A DNA stretch of 64,000 bases from Promethearchaeia archaeon. Its GTDB lineage: Archaea > Asgardarchaeota > Lokiarchaeia > Sigyniarchaeales > SOKP01. Positions 32,705 to 42,272 of this stretch are shown in pieces. The stretch is taken from NCBI GenBank assembly GCA_029856145.1, contig JAHQWK010000001.1, positions 64,001 to 128,000 of the forward strand, in the 5' to 3' direction. Under the pieces are notes generated by a model, which worked only from the letters and a program-made list of their open reading frames with translations, had not been told where the DNA came from and ran no database searches. Positions within the stretch are counted from its first letter, which is position 1, and every line of letters starts with the position of its first letter. The translations under genes were made by a program, and so were the position numbers.

Positions 32705-33040
32705 TTAGAAAAGCTCCTGTGATTTAATTAAACCTTTTAGAGGTTTTAATCGACTCTTATATTCTTTTGATTTTTCTAATAATACCAATAATTTGTAATT
32801 TTTAGATTTGTCTAAATTTTTTTTGATTTGAATAAGATGAGAATCTTCTATAAAACCCCCTTTTTTGACAATCGCAGATAAGGCTAATGTATTTTCGAGT
32901 ACCCATAATTTCTTTGATATTTTAGACGCTATCGGGAAACCATGACGATCAGTAATAATTCCCGCAACAAAGCTCGGGAAAGTTTTCTCTATCCTGTATA
33001 AAAAATAATTAACCTCACTTTCGTTTATTAGCTTATCCAT
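32705..33040 (-). CDS. Roadblock-like (profilin/longin/roadblock fold) protein
   Basis: FVAGIITDRHGFPIAS pattern; lies in tandem with the roadblock gene. Confidence 0.6.
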   Translation of the reverse strand: MDKLINESEVNYFLYRIEKTFPSFVAGIITDRHGFPIASKISKKLWVLENTLALSAIVKKGGFIEDSHLIQIKKNLDKSKNYKLLVLLEKSKEYKSRLKPLKGLIKSQELF

Positions 33041-33216
33041 TCTTATTGCACCTAATCTATCAATATGATCTAATTGAAGTTAATATAACATTAAATGTTA
33101 TAATATGAAGATAATACTAATTTTAAATTAGAAGAAGGATAATATTTTAAAAATTGAGACATTACACCTGTAATATAAAGATAATATGGTTAAATATTAG
33201 GAATTTTGGGATTATA

Positions 33217-34194
33217 TTATTTATTGTTTCTCTTTAATGATATCCCCAAGTTCAAATTTTCTACGAGTTCACTGAAGCGATTTCGAACAGTAACTTCTGT
33301 TACGCAACTAACACGAGCAATTTTTCTTTGAGTTCTCCTTTCATTAGATAAAATACAAGAAGCATAAATGGCTGCTGCACAAACCCCAGTAGGCCCTCTA
33401 CCAGAGGTTAAACCCCTTTCTTCTGCCATTCTAATTATTATCTTTGCCGTTTTTTGGCATTTATTTGTCAACCCTAACTCTGAAATAAATCTTGTAAGAA
33501 AATCGATCGGTTTGGTAGGATTTAATTCCAAAGATAATTCATTTGATATAAATCTAAAAGATCTACCAATCTCTTTCTTATCAACTCGTGCAACTTCGGC
33601 TATCTCTTTTAATGTACGTGGAACCTTATACATTCTACAAGCAGCATATAAACTAGCAGCAGCTACTCCTTCTATACTTCTTCCACGAATTAAATGAGCA
33701 TGAACTGCATCTCGGTATATTTTAGCTGAGCATTCTCTCAAATTCTTTTGAAGATCAAGGTTAGAAGCCATACGATCAAGTTCGCTTAATGCAAATGTAA
33801 GGTTTCGTTCAGTTGCATCAGATACTCTAATACGACTCTGCCACTTTCTAAGTCTATATATTTGTCCTCTCAATTTAGCAGGTATCTCTTTCCCAAAAAT
33901 GTCTCTATTTTTCCAATCTATCATAGTACTAAGCCCTTTGTCATGTATCATATAAGTCATAGGAGCACCTGTCCTTGTTCTCTTCTTTTTTTGTTCAGCA
34001 TCAAAAGCTCTCCATTCTGGACCACTATCAATATGTTTTTCTGAATGAACTAAACCACATTCCTCACAAACTAATAACCCTCTATTCTCATCAAAAAAAA
34101 TGTTTTTTCCACATTCATTACAAATATCGATTTCTGTATTCGAGTCGTCATCTAATGCAGATTTCACATCTCTCCAACTTGAGATAAAATACAC
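33217..34194 (-). CDS. tfb: Transcription initiation factor B
   Basis: Zn ribbon CNEC..CEECG, B-reader GPEWRAF, two cyclin repeats (RGRSIE, SGRGP), VTEVTVRNR. Confidence 0.97.
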   Translation of the reverse strand: MYFISSWRDVKSALDDDSNTEIDICNECGKNIFFDENRGLLVCEECGLVHSEKHIDSGPEWRAFDAEQKKKRTRTGAPMTYMIHDKGLSTMIDWKNRDIFGKEIPAKLRGQIYRLRKWQSRIRVSDATERNLTFALSELDRMASNLDLQKNLRECSAKIYRDAVHAHLIRGRSIEGVAAASLYAACRMYKVPRTLKEIAEVARVDKKEIGRSFRFISNELSLELNPTKPIDFLTRFISELGLTNKCQKTAKIIIRMAEERGLTSGRGPTGVCAAAIYASCILSNERRTQRKIARVSCVTEVTVRNRFSELVENLNLGISLKRNNK

Positions 34195-34247
34195 CTTTTT
34201 TTATAATAATCTTGATTTTTAAAAGAATCGTTAAAAATTGTTATAAA

Positions 34248-34502
34248 CTAACTTATTTTTGTAAAGATTTTATCATCGGGATTAAACGATTGATTAGGTA
34301 AGGCTTTAATTGAAATGAAAGGAGAATCTTCAGGACCAAATACGTCTTTAATGAATCCAATTTTCTCGTACTTTTCGTTATAGATAGAATTTTTAATAAT
34401 TTGTTCTAATTTATTATTCCATTGTTTCGCTCTAAAAATTTGATGATTTTTCGATGATTTTCCAACATAGAATAGACTCAATTTAACCCAGTTCTTTTTC
34501 AA
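34248..34502 (-). CDS. gar1: H/ACA RNP protein Gar1/Naf1
   Basis: IGFIKDVFGP..PFISIK motif; conserved position upstream of tfb. Confidence 0.8.
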   Translation of the reverse strand: MKKNWVKLSLFYVGKSSKNHQIFRAKQWNNKLEQIIKNSIYNEKYEKIGFIKDVFGPEDSPFISIKALPNQSFNPDDKIFTKIS

Positions 34503-34654
34503 GAGATCCCCTTAGCTGAGTGGATGAAATTAAATTTAAAATAAATGATGGTTGTTAATATTTAAATATAATGGTTTTTATTTCCCATCCTTACAAAAAT
34601 GGAAATCTGGTTTTTAACAAACTATAAATGATTTTGTTGTCGAATTAGTCATTT

Positions 34655-35755
34655 TCAAATATAATTTTTCTGTAGTTGATATTTTTTTTTACAGACACAC
34701 TCATATTCCTTCTGCTCCAGCTCATTTAAATTTTGTGAAAGCACAAAGTTCCTAAGTCTTTCTTTTGCAGAAATCTCACATTCTTTCTTTAAACAATTAT
34801 GAATTCCTCTTTTTGTTCCCGCCCCAGAAGGATCAGATAACAATCGTATGCTTTTTAAATCCTCCTGACTTACAGATTTTTTTATACATTTAAAAAGTGA
34901 ATAATACCAAGGTGGTCTATATCTATTCTGGAACCACAAATGTTCTGCTAAAGTTCCTTTTTGAATATTAGTAGGATTAATAGATATTGAATTCACCCCT
35001 AAATCTATTAATGTTTTTATAGAATACGAGCAATCATCAATCGCTGCTTGTTCATTTAGAAAAAGTGGTTTAAACAACAAATACACTTTCACACCTATAT
35101 CTAGTTCTTTACATTTATTTAAAGCACTTTTAAAATCTTTAAATAAAACTCCCTTGTTTATAAAATTATTTCGGATATAATCATCTACACTCTCAAGCCC
35201 AATAGCAATTTCAAGATATTTCTTATTAAAAATCTCTCTTATTTCTCTTAGCTTTTCTGATGTAATATATTCTAATCGTGATTCAATAACTACTTCTTTA
35301 ATTTTTTCAACCATTGAAATTTTTTCATAGATATAGTTTCGGGCTTCTTTAGGTATCTCATTTTCATCTAAAAAACTTCCAGAATTAAAGATTTTGAGAA
35401 TATAATTATAAGAATCTTGTTTAATTTCATTTATTTTATCATTAAATGCATAATCAAATTGACTTATAAGTTGGGAAGTCGAAACATTTTTAGTAGTAGC
35501 ATCCAGATAATATCCACACATGGAACATCCTCCATACTTACTTAATGCCCAACTACATCCTTTAGATCGTAAAATAATTGTGAATTCTTTTCCAATTTTA
35601 TCTCTAAGTCTCTCTTTTTTCGTCCAAAAACTAATTGGACGATTTAATTGCTCCTCTCTATAATTAACCTTTCGTTTTAGAGCATTTTGCTTAATAGAGT
35701 TAATCTTCTCAACAATATCATTATAATTTTCAAGAAAAAAATTTTTATCATTCAT
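34655..35755 (-). CDS. Archaeosine biosynthesis radical SAM protein RaSEA
   Basis: GCSWALSKYGGCSMCGY, KIFNSGSFLD, ESR, INKG, YRPPW, RGIHNC; overlaps arcS. Confidence 0.92.
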   Translation of the reverse strand: MNDKNFFLENYNDIVEKINSIKQNALKRKVNYREEQLNRPISFWTKKERLRDKIGKEFTIILRSKGCSWALSKYGGCSMCGYYLDATTKNVSTSQLISQFDYAFNDKINEIKQDSYNYILKIFNSGSFLDENEIPKEARNYIYEKISMVEKIKEVVIESRLEYITSEKLREIREIFNKKYLEIAIGLESVDDYIRNNFINKGVLFKDFKSALNKCKELDIGVKVYLLFKPLFLNEQAAIDDCSYSIKTLIDLGVNSISINPTNIQKGTLAEHLWFQNRYRPPWYYSLFKCIKKSVSQEDLKSIRLLSDPSGAGTKRGIHNCLKKECEISAKERLRNFVLSQNLNELEQKEYECVCKKKYQLQKNYI

Positions 35756-37823
35756 TGATTTTTACAATTCTCCCACTTTTAGAATTTTTTAAAAAATTAG
35801 ATCCAACAATTAACTCTCCGCATCCTATAACCTTTTTCTTTCCTTTCTCTAATATTACTACTTGATTACTAGGGATAAGATCTAGGCTATAATCTAAAAT
35901 TCCAGTTCTAAATAATGTATTTCCTTGTATTTCTTCTCCATCAAAAACAATATAATTTGTATTTATAGAGTGATGAGAATGAACTAGCCTTTCAAGTCCT
36001 AGAATGGTTAGTTCAATTTGACCTGTTGATTTTTTAAACACACCTAGTTTTTCTTGAGTTTTTAGGTCCATTAAATCAATCTGATTGGTTGATCTGCTTC
36101 GAATTGGTTTTAGACCATTAGAAATAATATTAATACCTACACCTTGACCAAATTGATAATCTAAAATTTTGATAAATTTCCTGGTCCAAGTTTTTGAGTA
36201 ATTTTCATATTTTAAACTACTTTTTTTAGGCTTGTATTCGTTCTGATATTCAATAATTAATTTCTCTAAAGATTGGAGGGAATCATTAGAAGTTATCTTA
36301 TCAGAAATTTCAGAGAAAATGAAATTATGAGATAATTTCGAAGCAGCTCTCTTTATAATTTCGAGATATTCATTTTTTAAATGACAAATGATAGGGATAT
36401 TTGGATCATATTTTTCGATTATTTTAACAAGCATTTCTGATGTGATAATTATTTCTTCATTATCCCATTCACCAGTAACGGAAATATCGTAAGAATTAAC
36501 AGGATAAATATTTTCTAATTGTCTAGGAATGCATCCCAAAGGTGAGGTTAAAATTATTTCTTGGAAAGTAGGAAATTTTGGAAACTTTCTAATAATACTA
36601 TAAAATTTTTTATGAGATTTCGATTCTGAATAGGGTTTCTTAGCTGAACATGGGAGTAAAATTATTAATGTTGTCCATGGTTCAGGTTCGAAATTATTAA
36701 TTGTTCTTTCCCTAAACTGTTGAAAATCTGGTCTATTATATGATGACGGTCCAAGACACCTTATTATTTTACTTTTTTGTTTTATTGGGGTTTCATATTT
36801 AATAATATCATAATATTCTTTATCCAAAATCTTTAACATCGAAATTAGGTTAGTATCATCAAAAGAAGACTTTTCCACAAATACTCTAAAATCTTCATAA
36901 TTCAAATATTGCTTGATTTTTTTCATATAATTATTTGCTGTGATTAAATTATGTAAGCTCAATAAATCAATCTTTTCAGCAGAGTATTTATTGTCTAATA
37001 TTTCATTTAAATTACCTTTACATGCCAAGCAAGAACAAGGTAAATATTTTATTTTATATATCGGTAGTAGATATTCTATCGTATCATAGAAATTTTCAGC
37101 AGATAAGAACAATGAGTAGGAAGAATCAATCAAATCTATTCCTAGGTAAATTAATAATGGATAATATTTCGGGATTATTCTTCCAGAAGCCATTATAATT
37201 AAATTATTATCCAATTCTGTTTTTATTTTAACGATACTTTTTAAAATATTCCTGAAATTACTAAGGTTGTCAAAAAGCCCAACTAGGTTTATAATTTTTA
37301 TATTTTCAAATTGCATAAAAATGGGTATATAGAGCTCTAATAACTCAGCATATTCAAAGATTTTTATAGATATGCCAAAATTTAAATCTGGATGTTTTTC
37401 TAAAATTTTTTGAACGATAAAAAGATAATGTTTTATTTCTTTTAATGCAAATTCCTTACTTATACTGGTTGTTGGAATATTAAATGGAATAAGTGATATT
37501 ATATTATCTTTAGATAATACATTACTATTTTTTATTAATACTTCTTCAAATCTTTGTAAAGTACCTGGATAAGTAAAAATAAATCCATTATTTTTAAATT
37601 TCTCTCGTATAAATCCAACTTTCAAGAAAAATTCTTTAGAAATTGTAAATAAATCATGATTTTCAAATTCTTGAACAAAACTAAATTGTTTCATTAAGGA
37701 ACTTTTTATCGGGATGATTATATTAGGAGTTTTGATATACAATTTCCGTTCCTTAGAAAAGATAATACGCCCTATTCTTGAATAGCCAATCTGACTGGAT
37801 AAAATTTCAAAGAAATGTTTCAT
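35748..37823 (-). CDS. arcS: Archaeosine synthase alpha subunit (ArcS/TgtA2)
   Basis: Degenerate TGT domain with CSCLAC, LPCSAKKPYSESKSH, YDISVTGEW and a C-terminal PUA domain. Confidence 0.9.
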   Translation of the reverse strand: MKHFFEILSSQIGYSRIGRIIFSKERKLYIKTPNIIIPIKSSLMKQFSFVQEFENHDLFTISKEFFLKVGFIREKFKNNGFIFTYPGTLQRFEEVLIKNSNVLSKDNIISLIPFNIPTTSISKEFALKEIKHYLFIVQKILEKHPDLNFGISIKIFEYAELLELYIPIFMQFENIKIINLVGLFDNLSNFRNILKSIVKIKTELDNNLIIMASGRIIPKYYPLLIYLGIDLIDSSYSLFLSAENFYDTIEYLLPIYKIKYLPCSCLACKGNLNEILDNKYSAEKIDLLSLHNLITANNYMKKIKQYLNYEDFRVFVEKSSFDDTNLISMLKILDKEYYDIIKYETPIKQKSKIIRCLGPSSYNRPDFQQFRERTINNFEPEPWTTLIILLPCSAKKPYSESKSHKKFYSIIRKFPKFPTFQEIILTSPLGCIPRQLENIYPVNSYDISVTGEWDNEEIIITSEMLVKIIEKYDPNIPIICHLKNEYLEIIKRAASKLSHNFIFSEISDKITSNDSLQSLEKLIIEYQNEYKPKKSSLKYENYSKTWTRKFIKILDYQFGQGVGINIISNGLKPIRSRSTNQIDLMDLKTQEKLGVFKKSTGQIELTILGLERLVHSHHSINTNYIVFDGEEIQGNTLFRTGILDYSLDLIPSNQVVILEKGKKKVIGCGELIVGSNFLKNSKSGRIVKINE

Positions 37824-37978
37824 AGTTTATATTTAGAGGTATTATTTTCATGTATAAATTTTTACTCTTAAATTATGAAATCTCTCAAAGTTATTAAGAA
37901 TTTAGTCATTTAAAGAAAAATTCATACTTAATAACTAAAGTGACTTGTAAAGATTGTAGTTGTTATAATACACTTGAA

Positions 37979-39283
37979 CTAAAAAATTGAGAAATTAACA
38001 TATGGCTTTAACTCATCTAAAACAAAATTTGTATATGTATCTTCTATTTCCTCTGAAATATATAGATTTTTTATAAAAGTTGCATAATCTTCAATTTCCT
38101 TTACTCTTACGATTGCAAATAGTCCATATTGTTCGCCTATTCGAAATAAATCTGTAATATTTTTATTTCTATCCAATCTAAGGGCAAGTTCATTATATTT
38201 TGAAGGATCCTTTGGTTTAATACGAACAAGATATTTTCCTTTAAAACCTATTTCTTTTGGATGAAAGTTTACTGTATAATTTAAGATAATACCTCGTTGT
38301 TCGAGTTTTTTAATTCTGTTATGAATAGTTGATTGGGATATTTCCATTTTAAGTTGTTCTTTAAATAAGTTTCTTATTTCATAAGTGGATATTGGTTTAA
38401 GTCCTTGACCATCACGTAATATATTTAGAATAATATAATCAATATTGTCTAATTCAAAATCGGGCTCAATATCTTTCTTATCTAATTTTATTCCCGTTTT
38501 CCTTATATTTTTAACAATTTTATCAATTACTAAATCCACTTTTGTTGCACTCTTTAAACCAGTCACAATTATTTTACCACTTGAGAAAATTAAAATTTTT
38601 ACTTGTAAATTTTCAATTTTCATAACTAGACCCGGAAATTTATCCGGACTATATTCAATATCTGCGCTTTTTGCAGCAATTTGATTTAAGTCAATTTTTT
38701 CTGGAATTTCTATAACTACATTCTCACTTTCATAAACCTTCTTTTCTTTTAATACATCAGTTAATTGAGCCACAAGTTCTTCTTCAATAGACATTTTTGA
38801 CTTTCTAAGGCTAATTCCATTTGTTTTAAACACTTTAATAGTTTCAATAATTTGATATTTTTTAAAATATGATTTTGCCATTATTTTATCAATATTATTT
38901 AATATCTGATAATATTCTTCAGGGGATTTAAAGATAAATAAGGCGAATAAAGAAAAATCTCCAATAATACCATCTAACATTCTTAGTTGGGGGATTTCTA
39001 ATAATTCATTTACTAACTCAGGCTCTTTTGGATTGGTTTTAATTTCAAGCATTACATATTTCAAGGTATTGGGACGAATATTTGGATCAATATTTATTGT
39101 AAAATTTGTAATTATTTTTTGATCTCTCAAATCATCAAGTTTGTTTTGATATGTTTGCCTAGAGAGCCCAATCACACGTGAATTTTTTGATATAATAAAT
39201 TTAGTTTTTCCACTTAAGTTTTTTATAAAGTTTTGGGCTTCTACCCTATCTATCACATTATTCAAATTATGACAATTTTGCAA
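37979..39283 (-). CDS. Tandem Lrp/AsnC regulator with an internal single TBP repeat
   Basis: HTH-RAM module, then TBP half (YSPDKFPGLVMK..LIFSSGKIIVTG), then a second HTH-RAM module (ISQSTIHNRIKKLEQRGII). Confidence 0.85.
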   Translation of the reverse strand: MQNCHNLNNVIDRVEAQNFIKNLSGKTKFIISKNSRVIGLSRQTYQNKLDDLRDQKIITNFTINIDPNIRPNTLKYVMLEIKTNPKEPELVNELLEIPQLRMLDGIIGDFSLFALFIFKSPEEYYQILNNIDKIMAKSYFKKYQIIETIKVFKTNGISLRKSKMSIEEELVAQLTDVLKEKKVYESENVVIEIPEKIDLNQIAAKSADIEYSPDKFPGLVMKIENLQVKILIFSSGKIIVTGLKSATKVDLVIDKIVKNIRKTGIKLDKKDIEPDFELDNIDYIILNILRDGQGLKPISTYEIRNLFKEQLKMEISQSTIHNRIKKLEQRGIILNYTVNFHPKEIGFKGKYLVRIKPKDPSKYNELALRLDRNKNITDLFRIGEQYGLFAIVRVKEIEDYATFIKNLYISEEIEDTYTNFVLDELKPYVNFSIF

Positions 39284-39397
39284 TTTTTTTGATTATTATT
39301 AATTAAATGTTAAATTTTTCTTATAAATCATTGCATTCGACCAAAAAAACATTTAAAAATTAATTAAAACTAGAGATCTTAAAAATTATAAATTGAA

Positions 39398-40678
39398 TTG
39401 AAGAAAAAAATGACAAATTATAAAATTGCTGATGAGAGCTTAGCAAATCAAGGGAAAGAGGCATTATATATTGCAGAAAATAAAATGCCTGTTACAGCAA
39501 GAATTATTCGGGAACGGTTTTCTAAAGAAAAACCTTTAGAAGGTATAACTATCGCCGGTTGTTTACATATAACAAAAGAAACGGGTAATCTTGCTCGAAC
39601 TTTAAAAGCGGGGGGAGCAGAAGTATATCTCTGTGGGAGTAATCCATTATCGACTCAAGATGATGCAGCGGCAGCATTAGTACAAGAAGGGATTAATGTT
39701 TTTGCTTGGCATGGTAATACCGACGAAGAATTCTATTGGTGTATTAGGCAGTGCTTAGATGCTAAACCAAATATCCTTATTGATGATGGCGCTGATATGA
39801 TTGTAACTGCACATCAGGAATATGAAGACCTAATAAAATCAGGTACTATTATCGCATGTCAAGAGGAAACTACAACAGGTGTTAAAAGATTTAAAGCAAT
39901 GGAGAAAAGAGGACTTTTGAAAGTACCTCTATTCCCTGTTAATGATGCCCGATGTAAAAATCAATTTGATAATGAATTAGGCACGGGTCAGGGTATAGTA
40001 TCTGCAATATATGGGATGCATGTTCTTTTTGCAGGCAAAAATGTAGTCATCGCGGGATATGGTCATTGCAGTTCAGGCATGGCACTCAGAGCACGAGGAT
40101 TAGGCGCGAACGTAACTGTAACAGAAGTTGACTCCATAAAAGCATTGCAAGCAATATTTGCTGGATATACTGTCAAGCCTATTGAAGATACTTTACCTAA
40201 TGCGGATATTATTTTAACAGCTACTGGTTGCAAGCATGTCATTGCTCCTAAAAAAGAGTTATTTGATAGTTTAAAAAATGGAGTTATCCTTGGAAATCTT
40301 GGACACTTTGATATAGAGATTCCTACTAAAGAACTATATGAATATGCAAAAGAAATAAAACCTATTCGACAAAATGTAGAAGAATTAATTTTTCCTAATG
40401 GTAAGAAAGTTTATCTATTAGCTAAAGGAAGATTAGCAAATTTAGTCTTATCAGAGGGGCACCCAAGTGAAGTAATGGATATGTCGTTTGCTTTACAATC
40501 ATTAATGTCAGAATATATAGTTAAAAATAAGGACTCCCTAAACCCAGGTATGGTTGATGTACCTATGGATATCGATGATAAGGTTGGTTTTCTCAAATTA
40601 CAATCAATGGGCGTTAAAATAGATAAATTATCTGAAGAACAATATAATTATATCCATGGATTTCTCGAAGGCACTTAA
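39398..40678 (+). CDS. ahcY: Adenosylhomocysteinase
   Basis: GCLH, SNPLSTQD, DDGAD, EETTTG, FDN, GHFD, GHPSEVMDMSF motifs. Confidence 0.95.
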   Translation: MKKKMTNYKIADESLANQGKEALYIAENKMPVTARIIRERFSKEKPLEGITIAGCLHITKETGNLARTLKAGGAEVYLCGSNPLSTQDDAAAALVQEGINVFAWHGNTDEEFYWCIRQCLDAKPNILIDDGADMIVTAHQEYEDLIKSGTIIACQEETTTGVKRFKAMEKRGLLKVPLFPVNDARCKNQFDNELGTGQGIVSAIYGMHVLFAGKNVVIAGYGHCSSGMALRARGLGANVTVTEVDSIKALQAIFAGYTVKPIEDTLPNADIILTATGCKHVIAPKKELFDSLKNGVILGNLGHFDIEIPTKELYEYAKEIKPIRQNVEELIFPNGKKVYLLAKGRLANLVLSEGHPSEVMDMSFALQSLMSEYIVKNKDSLNPGMVDVPMDIDDKVGFLKLQSMGVKIDKLSEEQYNYIHGFLEGT

Positions 40679-40717
40679 TTCATATAAAATATTTATTTTT
40701 TAGCTAATTTTTTTTAT

Positions 40718-41743
40718 CTAAGTTTTAGGATTTAAAATTTCATCTGCATAGACATTTTCTCCATAAACTTCGAAAGCAAGAGTTCTCAAACCATCTAATC
40801 CGATAGGTTCTTCTTTAAGTTTACTTGATTGCCAAATTTTTAACTTTTTAAATTCTTTTTTGATTTCTGTAGCATAATTAAGTTGAAGTGATCTAATTTT
40901 ATGGCAAAAATCACATTTCTTTGGTTCAGGTATAATCATATTTATATGAACTCCCTCTAATTTAATATATCGTTTTGTTAAATCTCTAGCTCTTTTAATT
41001 TCTTCAAAGCTTGGTTTTTCAGCTATAGTTACCAATCTAAGTGAACCAATATCGTGAATTAGATCTGAAATTCGTTCTCCGCGCTTTTCTAACTCAACAA
41101 TCATATTAAAAATTTCCCTTCCTAACTCTCGTCTTTCTTCATAATTATCAAATGGTTTGATTAAATTTCTCCACACTTTTGAAACGTTTCGAATCGCACC
41201 CTTAATAGAATTATAAAAATTTAATGAATATTTTAGTACTACTTTTACTTGGTCTTCGGGAATCTCAAAAAGAGTAATCATATTTGCCGTGGGGGGGAAA
41301 TCTGCAATTATAATATCATATTGAGTATCTTGAGTATTAATGTCTTCTGCATCTAAAATTTTTTGAAAAAACATGGCATTTTTTAACGCAAGCGGAATTG
41401 AATCAGCTGTAAATGTTGTGTCTATAAACTTCTCGATTTGAGGAATCCTTCCTACAAGAGGCATTTGCTTTGTAAGGGTTTTCATTTTCTCTATCAAATC
41501 TTTAGTGTATTCCTTAGCATAAATATTAGCATCAGGTTCAATACCCCATAAATTTTTCGTTAGGGGGGTTACTTTGTTTCCAATCTCCAATTTGAATAAG
41601 TCACTAAGGTTATGAGCCATATCAAAAGAAATCAGAAGAAAATTTTTATTAGGAAGTAAGTCTGAGAGTAAAATTGCTGTTGCAGCACTAATTGAACTCT
41701 TTCCTACACCACCTTTCCCACCAAGAACGATAATTTTTTCCAT
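40718..41743 (-). CDS. ArsA/Get3 family ATPase (divergent)
   Basis: GKGGVGKSS, SFDMAHNLSDLF, CxxC (CDFC), EPIGLDGL. Confidence 0.85.
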   Translation of the reverse strand: MEKIIVLGGKGGVGKSSISAATAILLSDLLPNKNFLLISFDMAHNLSDLFKLEIGNKVTPLTKNLWGIEPDANIYAKEYTKDLIEKMKTLTKQMPLVGRIPQIEKFIDTTFTADSIPLALKNAMFFQKILDAEDINTQDTQYDIIIADFPPTANMITLFEIPEDQVKVVLKYSLNFYNSIKGAIRNVSKVWRNLIKPFDNYEERRELGREIFNMIVELEKRGERISDLIHDIGSLRLVTIAEKPSFEEIKRARDLTKRYIKLEGVHINMIIPEPKKCDFCHKIRSLQLNYATEIKKEFKKLKIWQSSKLKEEPIGLDGLRTLAFEVYGENVYADEILNPKT

Positions 41744-42272
41744 GATTAATTGTAGATTTAAAACGTCTAATTTATAATATCAAAAATAAAAATTACATAA
41801 AAAACTAACCAAATAAATTAGAATATAAATGTTATTCATTTAGCAAAAAATAAATTGATTGTTTAATTTTATAAGGATATAATACAAATTATTTTCAATA
41901 ATATTTATTAAAGTATCAATTTAATTAACCAATCATATTAATATATTTAAAATATTAGATTTACATGTAAAAACATCAAAAATTTTCACAGATTAATAAA
42001 ATTAATTAAAATAATAGCAAAAAAATTATCAAAATTATAATCAGTTCAGTATATCAAAATTATTGTTCAGGCTTACAATTAAATATAAGAAGTAGGTTCA
42101 ACAATTCAAGCTTAATAAAAATTCATAGCATTTTATCAATAAGTTAAATGTATAAGAATTCAATTAGAAATACTTAACTTCACATATTTCTAATTTATGT
42201 AGCTAGATACTACTTCTATTGTATAGTTCTTCCTTTAGATTTTGATTTATTGAGCAAAAAATAGAAAAGGAA

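Noticed and set aside
38490-38725. A separate canonical tbp gene
   Set aside because: Only one repeat is present, in frame inside the Lrp ORF, with no start or stop of its own
41744-42272. Replication origin in the 530-bp AT-rich intergenic region
   Set aside because: No ORB-like G-string repeats and no adjacent orc1/cdc6 gene; more simply read as divergent promoters
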